From an uncultured bacterium (lineage in GTDB: Bacteria; Vulcanimicrobiota; Xenobia; Xenobiales; Xenobiaceae), in assembly GCA_958366945.1 (NCBI GenBank), contig CATXCY010000005.1, forward strand, positions 19,708 to 83,707: a stretch of 64,000 nucleotides of DNA. The letters run 5' to 3'. Shown piece by piece: positions 59,501 to 64,000 of this stretch. Numbering within the stretch: position 1 is the stretch's first letter; each line of letters opens with the position of its first letter. A program made the translations under genes and the position numbers. The notes below the pieces were generated by a model. That model saw only the letters and a program-made list of their open reading frames with translations. It did no database searches and was not told the origin of the DNA.

Positions 59501-61041
59501 AAGATATTTCGCCAATCAAAGATATTGTGGTCAAAGATTCCCCTGTCGTCAAAGAAGTGCAGCCTAAAGAAGTCGATCCTATAAAAATTCTGAAAGCAGC
59601 TTGCGATATTTTAGATCGCATGGAAAAAATAGGTTGGCTCCATATGTCTGGTACAGAAGGGCAGAAGAAAGCTTATCGCCTGCATAAAACAACATTTGAA
59701 AATATGTCTACTACTGAGCAAGAGCTTCCTTCAGATGCGGCTGTTTCCCAGAAAAATGCTACTACAGAGGAAGCAACTGTTACGACTTCGCTAAAAGCAG
59801 AGATTGCAGAGAGCATTTTGGCTTTGAGTGAAAAACAGCCTACGCATATTTTGTCTCAGTTGTCAGCTTCAGAGCGCAGCTTGGCCGAAATATCAAAATC
59901 TTGTGCTGCTGTTGCTGTTGGAGCTTTAAGCAATAGTTTCCCCGCAGCAACAATAAAGGTTAACCAAGGACTGGAGCCTTCTAAGGGGACCATCGCTCTA
60001 AGTAGAATAAGAACGAGCAATGAAGAGAAAACTCGTTCGCTTCCCAAACAAGTTGAATCCAAGCAAACTGAAGAAAAAGTTGTTCGGCCTGTTCTCTCCA
60101 AAGAGGATAGTAAAGTAAAAGTTCAACGAGCTTCTTTAAGCACTCCTTTAGTTGAATTACTTAGTCCTCAAAAGCTAGAAATGCTTAAGCAAGTGTCTAA
60201 GACAAATGCAGACTCAAAGCCTGCTATTGAAGGAATAGTCTTAGCTAAAGTGCCCAGCTTGTCAGTGTCTAAGGTTGATGTGCCAGATCAATTAAATGGA
60301 CGTCCTGTTGAAGCTCTCAGTGACAATTTTATGAAGGGTAACGATGTTATAGAGGAGATAACTTTAGGGCCTTCCTTAAAGACTATCGGTTCTGATGCCT
60401 TTAGAAGTTGTAGTCGTTTGCATATTGTCAATATGGCTGAGAATGGCTTACAAATTGTAAAAGATGGTGCTTGGCGAAGTTGTGAGCGACTTGTAGAAAT
60501 AAGCCTTCCCAATAGTGTCAAAGAATTGGGTAGTCGAGCTTTCTGTGCTTGTAGCCAACTTCGCAATATAAAATTGCCTGCCAGTTTAGTTAAACTTGGA
60601 GAGGCTGCTTTTGCAGATTGTCGTTCTTTACAAAGTTTAGAACTTCCTGAAGGACTCAAAGAAATAGGCACCAAGGCCTTTTTCGGTTGCCGCAATTTGG
60701 AAAGTATCTTCATTCCTGAAAGTTTAACCCATTTGGAAGAGAAACTCTTTGATGTCTCTCATAAGCTTACGATCTATGCTCCCCAAGGATCTGCCGCTGA
60801 ATCCTATGCTCTGGCTCACACTATTCCATTTTGTGCAGCTTCTGCCGATACTTGGCAAACAGCAATGGCGAAAAAAATACAAGCTTCGGAAGCAAAAGAT
60901 GAAGAGCCGCAAATTGCTGCTGATAGCGAAATTGCCGAGGCAGATAAGGTTGAAGAAGTTAAGGACAGCAGCGCTTCTTTAGAGAAAAAAGCCAAGTACC
61001 TTAAGAGAATAGCCGCCAGAACTAAGGGGAAGCGTCGCTGA
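56527..61041 (+). CDS. giant BspA-type leucine-rich-repeat surface protein (1504 aa)
   Basis: More than 30 tandem ~23 aa repeats of the form LxxIxLPxSLxxIGxxAFxxCxxL fall in three blocks. These are separated by an acidic D/E/T-rich linker and a low-complexity region. The start is uncertain (GTG at 56527 or ATG at 56560). Confidence 0.75.
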   Translation: MDFFKNKGWLYMNRCRGSARRGANLTSPYLSLVKVLSDAAIKTEKQSDSTENNKEQEKHNHKKNDNIKEKAPHLNNGSNSPDNFEFDPSDESILTGWKGIKKQRSIELPTVSPSRAKVTSVAEGAFANSTELAKIVVPEGIVAIGKGAFLNCSSLGSVILPSTLKTIGDEAFKGCVSLKNITFGSSLEQLGKSAFSECTLLKKVAFTSGSALTEIPQRCFFECESLHEIKWPESLQEIKEEAFRSCTYLESLSFPPSLAKIGYSAFRGCTRLKSLHVPEDLKVVAEFAFAECSSLETAELPEDIVVLEGGIFNNCSKLRSVKLSNNLQKIGAGTFSGCTALKDLAFPASLSSIGVRAFCDCVSLQKLNLSRCKLSVLEQEVFSGCSGLHEIYLPFCLREIYKACFKSCSELYSVEIPGEVVSLGERCFENCRKLNEIDLSSVPVAIPEGFCSDCSQLSAIRFHSDTPEIDTCAFANCRSLVELELPEKLRVIRDRAFLNCSGLLEVNCGQELRQLGSEAFKGCNALRRVDLPASLTVFGKEGVIFSSEADELVIYGTPSSSAEDYARLHRIKFYDPLLHEIKEEGSEEDNELDGADTSDDTSDEDLTPEEEETEVVLPGSNTIRRQVFGLRVNPSSYKAITSKGDWIVIRHKAFEKKADARSNVPIAVHLEGINHIGNRAFCNRNVVFLDCSDNLVSIGKAAFWGCNLLQKVRWSSRLSFIDKSAFWGCNSLKNLDFPDSLQFIDNWAFLGCSGIESIHLPSYLVSLGDYVFAYCSSLVNIIIPSGTRSLGVGVFFGCTSLRRVVIPPSVKQFGPEMCKFSPIFGNGCTLDSSSETDEKAKDTEQIIIVCQKDSAAHEYALQFGMKYELTNFEDGCVANELITKGGDYMLCGLGVHDSISKCTQAFSVKSGHSIAKPVVRLLKSEADKVMASERSVLNPDNCSGLSQAEVFALLQGAYELADLAGYIKAWHRVSASSAKRILNSSRLFSSIEDISPIKDIVVKDSPVVKEVQPKEVDPIKILKAACDILDRMEKIGWLHMSGTEGQKKAYRLHKTTFENMSTTEQELPSDAAVSQKNATTEEATVTTSLKAEIAESILALSEKQPTHILSQLSASERSLAEISKSCAAVAVGALSNSFPAATIKVNQGLEPSKGTIALSRIRTSNEEKTRSLPKQVESKQTEEKVVRPVLSKEDSKVKVQRASLSTPLVELLSPQKLEMLKQVSKTNADSKPAIEGIVLAKVPSLSVSKVDVPDQLNGRPVEALSDNFMKGNDVIEEITLGPSLKTIGSDAFRSCSRLHIVNMAENGLQIVKDGAWRSCERLVEISLPNSVKELGSRAFCACSQLRNIKLPASLVKLGEAAFADCRSLQSLELPEGLKEIGTKAFFGCRNLESIFIPESLTHLEEKLFDVSHKLTIYAPQGSAAESYALAHTIPFCAASADTWQTAMAKKIQASEAKDEEPQIAADSEIAEADKVEEVKDSSASLEKKAKYLKRIAARTKGKRR

Positions 61042-61093
61042 GAAAAGCGCCCATTTAGTTATAGTTCGTACAGCCAAAGAAAGATGAAAGCTT

Positions 61094-62215
61094 ATGGATA
61101 GGATTGGAAATGCTTTAGAGCGGATAGCCGGTGCTCTGGAGCGTATCGCGACGGCTATAGAGCGAGGCGCTGCTATCTCTGGAGATAGTTTATCTGCTGC
61201 TGCCGATCTGGTAAAGAAAAGTCAAGAGCTGGGTGAGCAAATTGCTCAGAAACCGCTCCAGCCAGAAGTTATTTCTGTAGTTGAGCAAACAGACATAAAA
61301 GAACCAGAGCGAGAAATTGAAAGTGGACTCATTAAGCTAGATAGTGGCAAAACTGAAGACACTTCTTTATCTGCAAGCGAAGCCGAAGAGCTTATTTTTG
61401 AATTACCCAACAACCATGTCAAAGAGGATTTCGCCAAGCGCTATCCTTGTTTGTCCGAGTTTTTAGAAAGTAGGGGCATCACTATTTGTGATGTATTTGC
61501 CCCGCTAGTTCCCAAATCTCTTGACGATAGATTAGAAGAAATTGCCCTCTATATGGGCAATCACTACGCGGATATTTGTCCTTTGCTGTTGGCTATAAAG
61601 GCCAATTTGCGTACTGGTTTTAACTTCTCTTTAGATTTCGCTTCTTGCTCTGCGTCTTCGGCGAAGGTAATTGACAAGCTTTGCCGTGCACTTTACGAAA
61701 TTGCTTTTTTGGACGAATATCGCTACTTAGGCTATCCTGACTTTAAAGTCCAGGCTCGAGCTTCCACTATAGGTATTGCTCACAATTTCTTCAGCGGTTT
61801 TTGGTTTGAACGTTATGTCGCTCAACAAACTGAAGCGGTAATAAAAAGCGTGCGTCGTGAATTCAATTTAGCTGAAAATGAGTTTGAAATTATTCGCAAT
61901 GCCAAACTCATGTGTAAAGGAATTCCTCGTGAAAGAGACATTTTGGTTAGTTGCGCAAATCAATATTACTGGTTAGAGTGTAAATCAGGCGATAATTACA
62001 TAGACAGTGTTGCCGCTTACGACACTTTCTCAGCTCATTTCGGCTTTGAACAAGATAATTGCTTCTTAGTCTTTTTGAGTAACGAGGCTGGGTATCACAG
62101 AGCAGCCGGTTCTGGAATGCAAATTTGTTCTAGTGCAGAGTTCTCTTCACGATTTGCCGATTTGCTGCGAAACAATTTAGAGCAGGCTGGCTATACTAGA
62201 GTTGCTCAGATTTAA
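61094..62215 (+). CDS. hypothetical protein with an N-terminal coiled coil (ALERIAGALERIATAIERG) and a C-terminal putative PD-(D/E)xK-like motif
   Basis: RDILVSCANQYYWLECKSG fits D-x(n)-E-x-K. There is no other recognisable domain. Confidence 0.4.
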   Translation: MDRIGNALERIAGALERIATAIERGAAISGDSLSAAADLVKKSQELGEQIAQKPLQPEVISVVEQTDIKEPEREIESGLIKLDSGKTEDTSLSASEAEELIFELPNNHVKEDFAKRYPCLSEFLESRGITICDVFAPLVPKSLDDRLEEIALYMGNHYADICPLLLAIKANLRTGFNFSLDFASCSASSAKVIDKLCRALYEIAFLDEYRYLGYPDFKVQARASTIGIAHNFFSGFWFERYVAQQTEAVIKSVRREFNLAENEFEIIRNAKLMCKGIPRERDILVSCANQYYWLECKSGDNYIDSVAAYDTFSAHFGFEQDNCFLVFLSNEAGYHRAAGSGMQICSSAEFSSRFADLLRNNLEQAGYTRVAQI

Positions 62216-62231
62216 ATCTGTTTCTTATTGA

Positions 62232-62312
62232 TTATTTTATATAAAAATAGCCACTTTCCCGATATCTGAACTTTGTAAATCATTTATGGAAAGGTGGCTA
62301 TTTTTTTTAATT
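62232..62312. terminator. long hairpin or bidirectional terminator between convergent genes
   Basis: AAAAATAGCCACTTTCC...GGAAAGGTGGCTATTTTTTTT. Confidence 0.6.
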
Positions 62313-62323
62313 AGTTTTGAAAC

Positions 62324-63064
62324 TTACTTAACAACGTAAGCTTTTTTAATCATGGTAGGCTGATGCTGGGCTGGTAAGCTCTTCAAATAAGCTTCGCCAT
62401 TGTGCCAAAGCATGCCCTGATCGAGTCCCATATCGGGGCTACCTACGGACTTAAACTGGTCGGCTACTTCCATGCCCTTGACCACTTTGCCAAAGGTAGT
62501 GAAGTTTTGTGACTGAAGGAAGTCGTTATTGCCGTAGTTGATAAAAACTTGAGTGGAGTTGGTGTTGGGGCCAGCTTTAGCAAAGGCCAAAGTGCCGCGC
62601 TCTAAGTGGAAAAGGCTGGGATCGTCGTTGAAATTCTTGTCTCTCCAATCGATCATACCCTTGCGCCAGTTGATGCCGAATTGAGCTACGAAAGGCTGGG
62701 GATTTTTTACGACACGGAAAATAGGGGTGTCATTGTAATATCCGAGTTCTACCAATTCTACAAAGCGTTTAGCAGCGTTAGGAGCAGCTTGGGGATAAAT
62801 TTCCATATCCACATCGCCATCGGTAGTTTCGAAGCGAACTAAAGTATATTCGGTAATAGCCGGAGCATTAGAACCGAAGGGAGTAAGGGAACGATATTGA
62901 GCTGACATAGGGCTCTCCTTTTCTTGTTGTTGAGACTGTGCTTGGACACTCTGAGTTTGAGCGTCCGACTGGTTTTCTGAAGCTGTCTCCTGCTTTGTGC
63001 AACCAAATTGCACACTGGCTAGCAATACAACGGCAGCTAGTGCAGATATGGCATACTTATTCAT
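62324..63064 (-). CDS. secreted cyclophilin-like peptidyl-prolyl isomerase-fold protein, paralog 1
   Basis: Signal peptide. The cyclophilin-like core is IFRVVK...FVAQFGIN...GTLAFAKAGPNTNSTQVFIN, compared with FHRVI...FMIQGG...GTIAMAR...SQFFIN in PpiA. Catalytic positions are diverged. Confidence 0.65.
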   Translation of the reverse strand: MNKYAISALAAVVLLASVQFGCTKQETASENQSDAQTQSVQAQSQQQEKESPMSAQYRSLTPFGSNAPAITEYTLVRFETTDGDVDMEIYPQAAPNAAKRFVELVELGYYNDTPIFRVVKNPQPFVAQFGINWRKGMIDWRDKNFNDDPSLFHLERGTLAFAKAGPNTNSTQVFINYGNNDFLQSQNFTTFGKVVKGMEVADQFKSVGSPDMGLDQGMLWHNGEAYLKSLPAQHQPTMIKKAYVVK

Positions 63065-63078
63065 TTTTTTCTCCTAAA

Positions 63079-63112
63079 AAATGGCTGCACTTATAATGTA
63101 CAGCCATTTAGT
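63079..63112 (-). terminator. terminator between the tandem cyclophilin-like genes
   Basis: AATGGCTG-loop-CAGCCATT followed by T6 on the minus strand. Confidence 0.6.
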
Positions 63113-63118
63113 TGAAAT

Positions 63119-63847
63119 CTAATCTTTAACAACTTCGGCTTTAAGGATCATAGTGGGCTGTTGATTAGCCGGAAGTTGCTTTAAATAGGCGCCTCCATTG
63201 GTAGAAAGCATACCTTGGTTTAATCCCATATTAGGATCGCCTACTTGTTTGAAATTATTGGCAATTTCCAAGCCTTTAGTGATAATACCGAAAGTTGAGA
63301 AAGTCTGTTCGCGCAAGAAATCGTTATTGCCATAATTGATAAAGACTTGGGTGGAATTGGTGTTGGGGCCAGCTTTAGCGAAGGCTAAAGTTCCGGCTTC
63401 TAAATGGAAGAGGCTGGGATCGTCGTTGAATTTCTTTTCATTCCACTGACGCTGACCGTCTCTCCAGTTGATGCCGAACTGAGCCACAAAGGGACGAGGA
63501 GTTTTTACTACGCGAAAAATGGGAGTGTTGTCATAATAACCGGCTTTGACCAACTCTACAAAGCGCTTGGCTGCATTAGGAGCAGCTTGAGGATAAATCT
63601 CCATCTCAATATTGCCAGCGCTGGTTTTGAAGCGTACCTTTACTACTTCAGTAAGGGCTGGAGCATTGGAGTAAAAGGGCTTAAGATGCCTATATTTGGA
63701 AACGGCTTCCGTTTTGGCTACCAGTGTGTTTTGCTTAATATTGGCATTAGATTCGGATTTAACCGTTTCTTGGGCCAAAGCTGAAACTGAGCAGCAACCG
63801 ATAAGAGCTAAAGAAATGATGAGGCTTTTGCTGAAGAATTTATTCAT
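63119..63847 (-). CDS. secreted cyclophilin-like protein, paralog 2
   Basis: The catalytic-domain region is about 70% identical to paralog 1. An ATG at 63847 gives the signal peptide MNKFFSKSLIISLALIGCCSVSALA. Confidence 0.65.
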   Translation of the reverse strand: MNKFFSKSLIISLALIGCCSVSALAQETVKSESNANIKQNTLVAKTEAVSKYRHLKPFYSNAPALTEVVKVRFKTSAGNIEMEIYPQAAPNAAKRFVELVKAGYYDNTPIFRVVKTPRPFVAQFGINWRDGQRQWNEKKFNDDPSLFHLEAGTLAFAKAGPNTNSTQVFINYGNNDFLREQTFSTFGIITKGLEIANNFKQVGDPNMGLNQGMLSTNGGAYLKQLPANQQPTMILKAEVVKD

Positions 63848-64000
63848 TTTATTTGAGTAGGCCGTTCCTTTCTTGAGTGAAGCTATTAGGGAGAACCTGG
63901 CACGTTCTGAGCCGGAGGTAAAGCCCAAGCGTCTTTGATATGAGACATATCATTAAATGATAATAAACAAGGAAAATCTCCGTGATAACGCAAGCGCACT

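Overview
This 64 kb window is a chromosomal replication-origin neighbourhood from an AT-rich (about 45% GC) bacterium with an outer membrane. I cannot place the organism. TamB, MlaEFD and many signal-peptide or lipobox proteins indicate a diderm. The ATP synthase has b and b' subunits, the RNase P RNA is type A, and gene order is Firmicutes-like (dnaA-dnaN, rpmH-rnpA-yidD-yidC-jag-mnmE-mnmG, rsmG/parB, atpC-murA-mreB-like). The left part runs tRNA-Arg(CCG), dnaN, dnaA, a roughly 780 bp AT-rich oriC with perfect DnaA boxes, then rpmH through mnmG, parB, rsmG, and two tandem parS sites. The middle (14.9-28.9 kb) is accessory. It holds two tandem paralogous surface lipoproteins of about 700 aa sharing a 478 bp nucleotide-identical 5' block, glgX, ychF, a HEXXH metalloprotease lipoprotein, an unannotated RNase P RNA gene (rnpB), and secreted Ig-like-domain proteins. 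The right part encodes grpE/dnaJ-like, mlaE-mlaF-mlaD, a Hanks-type Ser/Thr kinase, wecA/wecB-like genes, a complete F1Fo ATP synthase operon (atpI-like, a, c, b', b, delta, alpha, gamma, beta, epsilon), murA, a divergent MreB-like protein, a 2335 aa TamB-like protein, a 1504 aa BspA-type leucine-rich-repeat protein, a possible PD-(D/E)xK-like protein, and two tandem cyclophilin-like lipoproteins. I found no CRISPR array, transposase, integrase or prophage. The most novel signals are: (i) the tandem lipoprotein pair, which looks like a gene-conversion or antigenic-variation locus; (ii) a GC-rich structured RNA motif of about 100 nt present in two intergenic regions with compensatory base changes in a hairpin; and (iii) clusters of a TGTC(A/T)GACA palindrome and TGTCWGTARTG direct repeats in origin-proximal intergenic DNA.
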